From assembly GCF_018350175.1 (NCBI RefSeq), contig NC_058381.1, positions 744,001 to 808,000 of the forward strand: a stretch of 64,000 bases of DNA, in the 5' to 3' direction. Below the pieces are notes generated by a model. The model saw nothing but the letters and a program-made list of their open reading frames with translations, did no database searches and was not told the DNA's origin. Both the position numbers and the translations under genes were made by a program. The stretch's first letter is position 1; each line of letters opens with the position of its first letter. Shown here piece by piece: positions 49,321 to 59,080 of this stretch. The DNA comes from Felis catus. Taxonomy: Eukaryota.

Positions 49321-49931
49321 CTCCCCGTCCCGATGCCCTTCAGACCCAGGTCGTTCCCCGTCCCGATGCCCTTCACACCCAGGTCTTTCCCCGTCCCGAT
49401 GCCCTTCACACCCAGGTCTTTCCCCGTCCCGGTGCCCTTCAGACCCAGGTCGTTCCCCGTCCCGATGCCCTTCACACCCAGGTCGTTCCCCGTCCCGATG
49501 CCCTTCACACCCAGGTCTTTCCCCGTCCCGATGCCCTTCACACCCAGGTCTTTCCCCGTCCCGATGCCCTTCACACCCAGGTCTTTCCCCGTCCCGATGC
49601 CCTTCACACCCAGGTCTCTCCCCGTCCCGATACCCTTCAGACCCAGGTCTCTCCCCGTCCCGATGCCCTTCACACCCAGGTCTTTCCCCGTCCCGGTGCC
49701 CTTCACACCCAGGTCTTTCCCCGTCCCGATGCCCTTCACACCCAGGTCTTTCCCCGTCCCGGTGCCCTTCACACCCAGGTCTTTCCCCGTCCCGGTGCCC
49801 TTCAGACCCAGGTCGTTCCCCGTCCCGATGCCCTTCACACCCAGGTCGTTCCCCGTCCCGATGCCCTTCACACCCAGGTCTTTCCCCGTCCCGATGCCCT
49901 TCAGACCCAGGTCTTTCCCCGTCCCGATGCC
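49306..49931. repeat. 33-bp minisatellite (VNTR), ~19 copies, in MED31 intron 3
   Basis: Unit CCCAGGTCTTTCCCCGTCCCGATGCCCTTCACA with few variant positions. Confidence 0.97.
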
Positions 49932-50061
49932 TGCATGAGAAGGAAAGAGGTTGGGTGTGAGCAAGGCATTCAGGCTCAGGCACCAACAGCTACAAGCAGC
50001 TGTGTCTTTGGAGTGCCGATAGCATACCGATGTTGTCTCAGAAGGACAGCAGTGGGGTTGC

Positions 50062-50215
50062 GCCCTGCTCCTCAGCGTGGTCCCCAGACCAGCAGCCCTG
50101 CTGTCACTTGGGAGCCTGTTAGAGATGCAGAACCCAGGCCCCCGCCTCAGACCTGCTGAATCAGAGTCTGCGTTCAGGGAGTGATTTACGTGCACACGAA
50201 GACGTGGGAAGCACC
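50062..50215. mobile_element. MER5A-like hAT fragment
   Basis: gtggtccccagaccagcagc..tcacttgggagcctgttagagatgcagaa..cagacctgctgaatcaga. Confidence 0.75.
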
Positions 50216-50324
50216 CCGCGGTATATACGGTTTTCATCCTTCCGTCCTGTCTATACCGCCTGCACAAGTCTGGCTCCGAGCTCTCTTACAGTTGAAGGTT
50301 TTTTAATGGATTCAGATCTCATGT

Positions 50325-51348
50325 CTTTTCTATTTGAAATAATTTCACTTATGAAATAGCTGCAAAAATCATAAAGAGAATTCCTATATATTCTTCACCC
50401 AGATATTTTAAATGTTAACGTTTTCTGTAACCACAGGACAGTGATCAAAATCTGAACATTAACATTAACATATTATCTAGTCTGCAGACTTCATTCTGAT
50501 TTTGTCCGCTGTCTCATTAATGACCTGTGTCTGGGACGGTATCCAGTCTAAGCTCCTGTGCTATATTTTGTATTTATGCCTCCTTAAGTCTTTAATCTTG
50601 AGTTTCTTGCTCCTTCCCCCTGCACTCCCCTCCTCTGCCCCCCCCCCCCAACTGTGACCCGGAAGTGATTTTCTAAACTTCTTGGTATATATCCTGTCAG
50701 GAGTTGCAGGAAGTCAATTTGACCTGCTACTAGTGATGTTAATTTTGGCCACTTGGTTGAGGCAGGTGGTAACTGCCAGGTTTTGCCACATCAAGTTACT
50801 AGTTTTCCTTTTGTATTTAATAAGTGTCTTGCGGGGAAATGCTTCGAGACTGTGTACATACTTTGTTTCGTGTCATACTTTTACCCCCTAATTTTGGCGT
50901 CTGTTGATACCTGCCCGAAGCAGTTTTTACTTGATTTTCTAATTCTGTCACTTTCTACGTTTATCAGTTGTGGTTTAGGTATGAGGATGAATCATTCCTC
51001 TTTTCCCTATTTATTTATTCATTTAAAAGAGTCACATCAATATGGACTCCTGGATTCTTATTTTTTGGATTATAATTGTGTTTTCTTGTAACGGTTCCGG
51101 ATTTGGCCACCAGGAGCCCCTTTGGGTTGCCTCCTGCGTCCTCGTGACTCATCCCCACGATTTTCTGGGCACTCCTCTTTCTGGCACTCCATAACATTCC
51201 CGGCTCATCTTGTACCTTCCCTGCCTTAGCCCTGGAGCCACCATCTCGCCGGGGGCCCTGGAAAATGGTGTTTCACAATCCATCATCTGAGCGTGCTTGT
51301 TGGTACTGGTGTCATTGCTGCTAGGCCCTCTCAGGACACACAGCTAAG

Positions 51349-51399
<51 letters not shown>

Positions 51400-51650
51400 C
51401 GTACTTCTAATCCCTGTCTGTTTCTGTGTCTCTATATTAAAAGCCAGGAGTTCATACTGATGTTTCCAATTGCAGCTCCTTAACACGGGGTCCATCCCAG
51501 CCTCCCCCGCCATCCTTGTGTGTAACAACTTTCCTAACAGTCAGAGATCTGGGTCTCTTTATCTCAGGTGTGCTTACGTACTCAGTTGCTCAGTCTCAGA
51601 GTACCTGTGAAGCAATTCCAGAGCTGTTACGTCCCTGTGGAAAGTAGGGT
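50325..51650 (-). mobile_element. Old L1MC/L1MD-type 3' region (antisense) with internal (GT)n at 51351-51396
   Basis: tttgaaataatttc..gctgcaaaaat..agagaattcc..cttcacccag; ttccggatttggccacc..; boundaries approximate. Confidence 0.55.
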
Positions 51651-52100
51651 ACAGGGCTCGTGCGTAGGTATTTCTGAAACGGAGTCGGTTTTGAATAAAA
51701 CTTGTCTTTCTCACTAGTGATGGAAAACTGGTAGTTCTCAACTATAAACAGGTAATTACTAAAATAAAAAGTGTTTATGGTCCTCACCGTGGACACCACC
51801 ACAGAACTGAATGATGGCCCCCAAAGCGTGACTCTGCTTACCAGCTCCCGTGTAGTGTTGGGCGGGCTATTCAGTCTTTCTGAACTTAAGTTTTTTTCCC
51901 TTTGGAAACTTTTGCTTCATGCTGACTTTTGATGAGCGGCTTCTTTGCAGAAGCAGGAAAAACAGAACCTGTACTACCAAAGTGAACAAATGTTCTAGAA
52001 ATGGTAGGCTATGACATCAGTTTTGAGCGAGAAACTGAGTTGGAGCCTGGCGCGATTGACCTAGACCGTGCCGGTCGTTAACTTGTCCACTCGCACCCAG

Positions 52101-52293
52101 GTACCCACAGTGTCTGCACATGCTCGAGCTGCTTCAGTACGAGCACTTCCGCAAGGAGCTGGTGAACGCTCAGTGCGCCAAGTTTATCGACGAGCAGCAG
52201 ATTCTGCACTGGCAGCACTATTCCCGGAAGCGGATGCGCCTTCAGCAAGCCCTGGCGGAGCAGCAGCAGCAGAATAACGCAGCGGGAAAGTGA
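52101..52293 (+). CDS. MED31: MED31 exon 4, terminal (YPQCLHMLELLQYEHFRKELVNAQCAKFIDEQQILHWQHYSRKRMRLQQALAEQQQQNNAAGK*)
   Basis: cccag|G; TGA at 52291-52293; 193 nt. Confidence 0.96.
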
Positions 52294-52513
52294 GAGCCGG
52301 GTCCGGGACGGGCTTCTGGGACGCGTCCATACTGCTCTCGTGCAGAGAACACAGAGACTCTCCTGGCTGCCTGCCCTGGGGCAGCGCCTAGAACTGTAGT
52401 CTACTGTTTAATGCAGCTGACTTTTTGCTAATAGATTACTTCTGTCCAACCAGAATTGTTCTCCTTTGGTTTCCCTGTGGATTTGTAAGTTATTATTAGT
52501 ACTTGACCAACTG

Positions 52514-52519
52514 AATAAA
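52514..52519 (+). terminator. AATAAA polyadenylation signal, probable MED31 3' end
   Basis: Canonical hexamer ~220 nt after the stop; a second AATAAA lies at 53153-53158. Confidence 0.65.
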
Positions 52520-52736
52520 AACAGAAACGTTAGGTGCTTTAAACCAGCTTAAGGAGTCGTGGGGAGGGGGGCAAGGGGAGGGCCACCAAAGGTCCCAAAC
52601 TCTAATAAGCCTAGCTCTGTTCCTTACACGTGGTGGGGCCTGGGCAAGTCCGTCTCCCTCCTTCTTACTGTCCGTCTGAACAGCTACCCTGCCTACCCTC
52701 TGTCTACAGAATGAGGGGAATAGAGTGAATGATTCC

Positions 52737-52960
52737 TTTTTTTTTTTTTTTTTTTTTAATGTTTATTTATTTTTGGGAGAGAGAGAGACAGAGCATGAAC
52801 GGGGCAGGGGCAGAGAGAGAGGGAGACACAGAATCGGAAGCAGGCTCCAGGCTCTGAGCCATCAGTCCAGAGCCCGACGCGGGGCTCGAACTCACGGACC
52901 GCGAGATCGTGACCTGAGCCGAAGTCAGACGCCTAACCGACTGAGCCACCCAGGCGCCCC
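52737..52960 (-). mobile_element. CAN-SINE between the MED31 and TXNDC17 3' ends
   Basis: TSD GTGAATGATT at 52725-52734 and 52962-52971. Confidence 0.93.
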
Positions 52961-53814
52961 TGTGAATGATTTCTTTAAATCAGAGCAGGAACTGCAGAAA
53001 GGTTCTTAAACTCTGCCCAAAAGGAGGACTTATCCGTATCCCCACTTGCTTTGCAAGAGGGCTTAAAGGAACAGGCGGCATGTCACTGACCCGGTGACCG
53101 GAAGGAGAAGGTTGTTGGTTAACTTTCATTGCACCCTTGGACCTTGGACTGGAATAAAGATGAGGAGCCTCAAATACTTGTGATCATCCAGCACAGCTGA
53201 CGTTTCCGTGGCCGGTACTACACCCCAGGGCCACGTTACCTGCCTTGTCCGGCTCTCGTGTCACTTGCAGAACCACCCACGTCCATAGAGGAGGAGACTG
53301 AGGTTCAGACAGGTTAAGAAGCTTGTCTGCGGTGGTGATCGGCGTGACTGACTCGTGGCTGGGACTCTGGCCACCACCACTCGACGACATGGTCTCTGAC
53401 CCACCTGTGCCACCTGCCTCCGCCAGAGCCAGAAAGCCTCTTGAGACAGGAGAGCAAAACTGTCCGCAGTGAGTAGGGAGGCTGCATTAGGTGCGCTGTG
53501 CTCTCCGTCACTGGCTACGGGAAGTTGTACGTTCTAAAGCCAGACAAGGTGTTTTAGGAGCCATTCTTTGTAAATTTGTGGCATTTACGGTAAAAGATCC
53601 TAACTCCTTTGGAGATTTGGAATTTGCCTTTACTGGTAGGGACTTTTAGATATTTCTGTCACCTCCAGTAATGCATCCCCAGTGCTGTTACTGTCACTCC
53701 TGAAGGCGTATTTTACCTGTATCTTAGAAATTCCCAAATATTACAGGCAAACTGAGGGTTCGTGAGCATTTTAATAGCACTGTTTAGACAAACTATTTTT
53801 TACATCGTCATTCA

Positions 53815-53828
53815 TTTATTTATTTATT
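53815..53828 (-). terminator. Three overlapping AATAAA signals, probable TXNDC17 3' end
   Basis: tttatttatttatt on the + strand, ~90 nt past the stop codon. Confidence 0.7.
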
Positions 53829-53913
53829 GCTAACATGAATTCAAAGCAAGTACGCAACTGCTTTTATGTCAGAGCAGATCAGGAAATCAAGACACAACTG
53901 TCATCATCAACTC

Positions 53914-53982
53914 TTAATCTTCGGAGAACAACATCTCCACGAGGTTGGCCTGGAGACACTCGGATTCCACCAGTTTTTGAGG
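53914..53982 (-). CDS. TXNDC17: TXNDC17 exon 4, terminal (PQKLVESECLQANLVEMLFSED*)
   Basis: tacag|CCT; TAA at 53916-53914; 69 nt. Confidence 0.95.
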   Translation of the reverse strand, partial: PQKLVESECLQANLVEMLFSED

Positions 53983-54615
53983 CTGTAAGAGAAGAGCAGT
54001 CTAGTCTTAACCCACAGCTACAAAAATGCCATTAGGGAGGGAAGGAGTTGTTCTTCCTTGAGTTAACACAGATCTTACGATGGAGAAACCATGCTATTCA
54101 AAGACCATCATCTAGTTGTAACAAGTCTTATTAGATAGTTCTAATAACTATTTGCCTTAAGATAAATCATTAAAATACTCAGCTCCGTGGACTAAAACAA
54201 GAGACAGCAAGCCCAGCACCATCGCCTTCCCTCAACTCGTTAGTTTAGAACTCGTTAGTTTTGGCCATGGCCAAACTGGAGGAGGGGCCTTCTTTGTAGC
54301 CAGAATCCTGAAGTCAGTAGAAAACAACCATTGATGCTAGTATTTTAAGGAAATACGTTAACCAACTTTCTTGAGCAGTGCTTAGAGAATTTTAAAACAG
54401 AGTGGCTTTCACAAAGCACGAAAAAGACCTAATACTTAAGATACTGGCATTTTTAATAGTTTATTTGATTGCCCATAGGGATGGACAGCCAAGCTGTGCA
54501 TTTTCATAGATCCCCACCGGGAACAAACATCAAGATCTTTTAAAACCTGAATCCAGAACAGGAGTTTTGACGGGGGCAGTTGTAGTCCCGCCACAATGAC
54601 ACGACAGACACTTAC

Positions 54616-54691
54616 TGTTCCGTATTTAAGGAGTGTAGGCACCGCAGTTACTTTCAGGTTTTTTCTGAACTCGTTATTTGGATCTTTCCAA
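54616..54691 (-). CDS. TXNDC17: TXNDC17 exon 3 ([25 protein letters not shown])
   Basis: aacag|T ... ACA|gtaagt, 76 nt; cis-Pro VPTL motif. Confidence 0.95.
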
Positions 54692-54956
54692 CTGTTTCGA
54701 AAAAGAAAAAGTGATTATGGGTAACATTTACTTGGTTTCTCCCCATTTAATATTTGATAGATTCCTACATTTAGTCTTTCAGTAGTCACTGGTTTCTTTG
54801 TAAATGTTTGTAAAAGCTTGAGGACTAGGACTTTAATAGTGTCTGTTTGACTTGCCCGACCGCCCTAAGCATGCAGACCCTTAGTCGCCGAGGCCCTTCC
54901 GCCTAAGTGCGCGAGTCTAGCATCCGGGACAGGAGGGACTGCACACGGGCACTTAC

Positions 54957-55038
54957 TAAGGTTTCTCTCCCACTTGGCAGTAGATGAACACACATCCTTC
55001 ACTGACGTGCTTCAGCCCCTCTCGCACGACTGGCTCCG
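54957..55038 (-). CDS. TXNDC17: TXNDC17 exon 2 ([26 protein letters not shown])
   Basis: taaag|CG ... TA|gtaagt, 82 nt. Confidence 0.95.
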
Positions 55039-55429
55039 CTTTAAAACAAAAGTTGATATAAAATAATTACTCTTCGGCTCTAGAATCCGGCACCGAGGAA
55101 CAGCGTCCCTCCCCCCTCCCTTCCGTCTTCGCTCAAGTCCTCAGACTGTAACTGAGGTCGACCAGAAAACCACTTGAAGGCCGAGGGCCAAATCCGAGGG
55201 CAGATGGGCCCCCGCGCCACGGGCACCCAGAACGCTGCGGGGCGTCCTCGCTGACGGCGGACGACCGGCTCCCCTGTCCCGGACACACGAGGCGCACCGG
55301 GGTCGGGACAGGTGTTCGGGGACTGGATGCGCGCGGTATCCGGGTCGAGCGGCGGGGAGGGTCGGCGAGCCCCCTCGTCTGGCTCTCGCTCGGCTCCCAC
55401 GCCGCGGGCCCCGAGTCCCGGCCTCTCAC

Positions 55430-55574
55430 CCTGCACGCAGTCGGGGCACCAGCTCTTCCCGCCGGCGTCCTTGGAGCCGGTAAAGTAGGCGAAGATGGTC
55501 TTGCCGTGGTGCTGCTCCACCGCCCGGCTGAACTCCTCGAAGCCGGACACGCTCACCACCTCGTAGCCGGCCAT
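55430..55574 (-). CDS. TXNDC17: Thioredoxin domain-containing protein 17 (TRP14), exon 1 ([15 protein letters not shown]...[11 protein letters not shown])
   Basis: WCPDC active site diagnostic of TRP14; donor CAGG|gtgaga; 145 nt. The four exons sum to 372 nt = 123 aa + stop. Confidence 0.96.
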
Positions 55575-55903
55575 CGGGAGGGCGCGCCGCGCACCGCCGG
55601 CCGGGTCTCCGGGAGGCGCCGCCGCGGGACGGGGCGGGGAGCGGCCGCTTCCGGGGGCGCGGCCGGCGGGGCTCCACGGCGCTACGGGAGCCTGGGGCAG
55701 CCAGAAGGCCTCCGCGCCGCGTCCCGCCTCCGGCTGTGGCTGGCCCGTGCCCTCCGTGCTGGCTCTGCGCAGGCACCCGGGCTTCTGCCCCAGCCGCCCC
55801 GGCCCGGGCCCCATGGGCGGCGGCTGCCCACCCTGCCGCCGTGCAGCCCCGGGACCCCTAGGCGGCTCGGGAGCCCTAACGGCTCCCAGGCCGCCCTGCG
55901 CCC

Positions 55904-55917
55904 GTTGCTATGGCGAC
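55904..55917 (+). promoter_or_regulatory. RFX X-box (GTTGCTATGGCGAC)
   Basis: Near-palindromic match to the GTTGCCATGGCAAC consensus, typical of ciliary/centriolar gene promoters such as KIAA0753; followed by a possible exon-1 donor CAG|gtgggc at 55993. Confidence 0.6.
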
Positions 55918-56225
55918 CGCGCGAGCGGCCGGAAGCGCGGCCTAGCCGGTCCCCCCGCCCGCTCCCCGGTAGCCGCGCCGCGCCCCAGGCCAGGTGGGCT
56001 CGGGCCGGGGCCGGGGGGACTCTGGGAAGCCGCGCCCGGACTCGTGGGCCCGGGGGACAGGAGCCCCTGAGCCGCGGCCGGCCCCGCCGCTCGCGGGCCC
56101 CGTCACCGCCGCTCCTGCGGAGCTCGGGGGGCCGGGGCCGAGCGCGTGCGTGCGTGTGTGCGGCGGCCCCGGCGGCGGGCGGCGGGCGGGGGGCCGAGCG
56201 GGGCGGCGCGGGCGGGCCTGCAGCC

Positions 56226-57028
56226 ATGAGCGGGGCGGCGGGCCGCTGCGTGGGGCCCAGCCGGCCGGGGCGCGGGCGCGGGAGGCCGTGGGGGAAGAGG
56301 GGCGCCGCGGGGGCGCCGCGCGGCCGGGGAGCGGGGCGCCGGGCGACGACCTCGGCGTGGGACACGCGCTGCGTGAGCGCAGAGAGGCTGCGAGACTGTC
56401 GGCGGCCCCGGGGGAGGAGAGCGGAGGCCGACGCGGCCGGGGCGGCGGGGGCCAACGGGCCGGAGGCCTCGGAGACCGCCGGCGCCGCAGGCTCGGCGGA
56501 GGCCGCGGGGGACCCGGGCGCCGTGTGGGTGGACGGCGCGGTGGGGGAGCCCCAGGTGGTGGGGCCTGTCGGGTCGGTGTGGGTGACGGGCACCGGCGGG
56601 GAGGAGGACGGGGCGCCTTACCAGAGCCCCCGGGGCTGTGAGCGGAAAGGCCGCCCGGGATCCATGGGGCACGAGAGCATCCTGGAGCTGTGGCTGAAGG
56701 TGCAGGCTATGCGGGCGGCGGCGGGGTGCGGGGAGGGAAGCAGAGTGGAGCTCCACCCGGTGCCCGCGGGAGAGGGCCCGGTTGACAGGGGCGTCCCCGG
56801 CAGGGCCTCCTGGGTGGAGACGAGCCGGGGTGGTCTCACGGGGCCCTGGGTGAAGGGACAGGCTCGGGCAATGCCCCGGACCTCGGGAGTGTCCACAGGC
56901 GTTGGGCCCGGGGCGGGTTGTGAGAGGGTCCCAGGCCTGTGCGGGCGGGGACAGGCGGCTGGCCTGCTGCCTGGGGGTGTGCCTGGGATGGTGCCCTACC
57001 TGCTGGGGAGAGGACAGGCCGCGGGTGG
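56226..57028 (+). CDS. 5' half of an uncharacterised intronless Gly/Pro/Ala/Trp repeat ORF (MSGAAGRC...MGHESILELWLKVQAMRAA...GRGQAAG)
   Basis: gcagccATGa start, open frame; non-repetitive helix-like segment ESILELWLKVQAMRAA, then repeat units that continue in the -1 frame after ~57027. Confidence 0.5.
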
Positions 57029-59080
57029 CCCGCGCCTGTGGACAGGGAGAGGGGCTGGGGGAGTGCCCCTGGTCCGTGGGGCAGAGGGCAGTCCCTGCAG
57101 GTGCGGGGGGCTCCTGGCCCAGAGACCGTCTGTGGGGACACCCCGGGCTCATGGAGAGGGGGGCAGGCCTCGAGGGTGCTGCCTGATGCTGTGGGGGCGC
57201 CCGGCAGGGTGGAGGAGGAAGCCAGCTGTACAGGTGCCCTGGGCGCGTGGCACAACGGACAGGCCGTGGAGGGGATGGGGTCTGGGGGTGCTCCTGGCAC
57301 GTGGGGCACTGGACAGCCCGTGCGGGTGCCTTGTGCTGTTGAAGAGGAAGCTAGATGTGGGGGTGACCCAGGATTCAGGGAACGGGGGCAGGCTGTGTGG
57401 GTAGAGACCGGCTCTGGAGGGGACCCGGGTTCCTGGGCAGCCGCACACGCTGCAGAGGCATGCGGTCCTGCCGAGCTGCAGGTGGGCCCTGGAGGCGCTC
57501 CAGGCCTGTGGAGTGTGGAGCAGGGCCTGGGGGTGCCCACGGCCCTGGGGAGGGAGACGGGCTGCGGGAGCATCCCTGGTGTGTGGGGGACCCAGCAGCC
57601 GGTGGGGGCAGCGGTGGCGGGACCAGGGGCCCTGGGAGGACAGGCGGGTTACGGGGCTGCCCCAGGCCTGTGGGACGGGCAGCGGGCCCTGGGGGCGCCG
57701 GAGGTGGTTGTGGGGGACACAGGCTGTGGGGGTGTTGTGAGCCTGTGGGACGGGAGGCAGGCTCTGGGGGAGCAGGAGACCCTGCTGCCCGCAGCGTTGG
57801 GGGCACCCGGGCCTGCGGGTCAAGAGGCCAGCCCCAGGGACGTGTCTTGTCTGTGCAGAAGGAGACAGGCAGAGGGGCTGCCTGGGGCCGCAGTCCTGCC
57901 CAGGCACAGGTGCGGCCCGGGGGGGTTCACGAGGGCGCCTGTGGCCGTGCCCGCCGCCGTGTGGGTGTCCGGCTCCACGTGCCAGGATGGCAGCTCTCGA
58001 GGTGGCTTGAGCCTGTGCGACGGCGTCTCTGCTGCCCTGTTACCCGTGGCTCCCGAGGGGCCGTGGTCTGCGGGGGAGACTGCAGCTTCTGCAGCTTTCC
58101 CAGGCCCGTGGGAGAGGGGGCAGGCCATCGGGGGTCCTGAAGCGCCCGGGCTTGCGGGGCAGGAGACGGGCTCTGGGGGTGTGCCGAGACCTTGGGGACG
58201 GAGACCGAGTGCAGGGGCGTCTGCCGCTGCCCCGGTGCCCGTGGCTCCCAGGACGCCCCGGCCGGTCCGGGAGGAGTCCACCCCCGGGGGTGTCGCAGGC
58301 CTGTGGGGGGAGAGAGACACGGTACAAGCACCCGTAGACGCCAGGGGTCCCTCACGGATGGGGCTGCCCCCCAGCGCCGGGATGCCTGGGCCCACGGGGG
58401 AGAGGCTGGGCCCGGGGGGCCCCTCCGGCTCGCTGGGAGGGGGGCAGGCTGCTGAGATGCCTGGGGCCGAGGGGGTGCCCATGGCGGCGGGGGCCCCCGG
58501 GCCGATGATGGCCAATGCCAGCTGTGGGGATGTCTCGGGCGTGTGGGGACAGAGACCGGTGACGGAGGGACCTGTGGATGGCCCGTGGAGGAGAAGAGCC
58601 AGCGGGCCGGTCCCTGAGGCTGCCAGGGTGCCCCTCCCTTTGGGGGTGCTCGCGGCTGTGGGGGTGCCCGCCGCGGGGCGCGTGCCTGCCGTGGTGTGGG
58701 TGACTGGGTGTGCCGGGGAAGAAGCCGCTGAGGCTGCCGCCGGCCTCCCAGTGTCCGGGACGCCGTCTGCGGAGGGAGCTGGGGCTTCGTGGGGGGAGGC
58801 GGGAGGCAGACAGGCAGTGGGGGCGCCTCTTGCCCACGGGTGTGGGACCCGGTCCTGGAGCTGTCCGCGGCCCCCAGGGGAAGAGAGCCACTGTGAGAAC
58901 GTGCCTGCGGCCTCAGGGACAAGAGGCCCTGTGCCCCCGGTTGCAGGGCAGGAGACGGGCATCGGCCATTTCAGAGGTCACCTGCAGCAGAGTGGGGGGG
59001 CACAGACCGGAGGAGCGTCTGCAGTGAGGGTCCGGGGGAGCCCTTTGGGGGAGGACAGGTTGAGGGGGGCCTTCTCATAG
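57029..59080 (+). CDS. 3' half of the same repeat ORF (PAPVDRERGWGSAPGPWGRGQ...EDRLRGAFS*)
   Basis: Part of the 713-aa track ORF 56939-59080; recurring ETGxGGxPGxWGxGQAxGxP motif kept in one frame for ~2 kb. Confidence 0.5.
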   Translation, partial: PAPVDRERGWGSAPGPWGRGQSLQVRGAPGPETVCGDTPGSWRGGQASRVLPDAVGAPGRVEEEASCTGALGAWHNGQAVEGMGSGGAPGTWGTGQPVRVPCAVEEEARCGGDPGFRERGQAVWVETGSGGDPGSWAAAHAAEACGPAELQVGPGGAPGLWSVEQGLGVPTALGRETGCGSIPGVWGTQQPVGAAVAGPGALGGQAGYGAAPGLWDGQRALGAPEVVVGDTGCGGVVSLWDGRQALGEQETLLPAALGAPGPAGQEASPRDVSCLCRRRQAEGLPGAAVLPRHRCGPGGFTRAPVAVPAAVWVSGSTCQDGSSRGGLSLCDGVSAALLPVAPEGPWSAGETAASAAFPGPWERGQAIGGPEAPGLAGQETGSGGVPRPWGRRPSAGASAAAPVPVAPRTPRPVREESTPGGVAGLWGERDTVQAPVDARGPSRMGLPPSAGMPGPTGERLGPGGPSGSLGGGQAAEMPGAEGVPMAAGAPGPMMANASCGDVSGVWGQRPVTEGPVDGPWRRRASGPVPEAARVPLPLGVLAAVGVPAAGRVPAVVWVTGCAGEEAAEAAAGLPVSGTPSAEGAGASWGEAGGRQAVGAPLAHGCGTRSWSCPRPPGEESHCENVPAASGTRGPVPPVAGQETGIGHFRGHLQQSGGAQTGGASAVRVRGSPLGEDRLRGAFS

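Larger units (their letters stand above)
55080..56800. promoter_or_regulatory. Large CpG island, bidirectional TXNDC17 / presumed KIAA0753 promoter
   Basis: Extremely CpG-dense; ETS sites (GCTTCCGG ~55646, CCGGAAGC ~55929); head-to-head arrangement expected from human synteny. Confidence 0.75.

Noticed and set aside
49103-50267. Five long ORFs with 11-aa repeats (e.g. [22 protein letters not shown]) and a superficial CRISPR-like look
   Set aside because: They are a by-product of a 33-bp intronic VNTR lacking stops. There are no unique spacers, and the context is eukaryotic.
55506-56225. N-terminal 240 codons of the 632-aa track ORF
   Set aside because: It starts at a GTG inside TXNDC17 exon 1 on the opposite strand and crosses the promoter. 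The first ATG in this frame is 56226.
55682-58962. Long minus-strand Pro-rich ORFs (303, 349, 380, 331 aa etc.)
   Set aside because: These are antisense shadows of the G-rich + strand tract. The recurring Trp/GQA motif and good start context are on the + strand.
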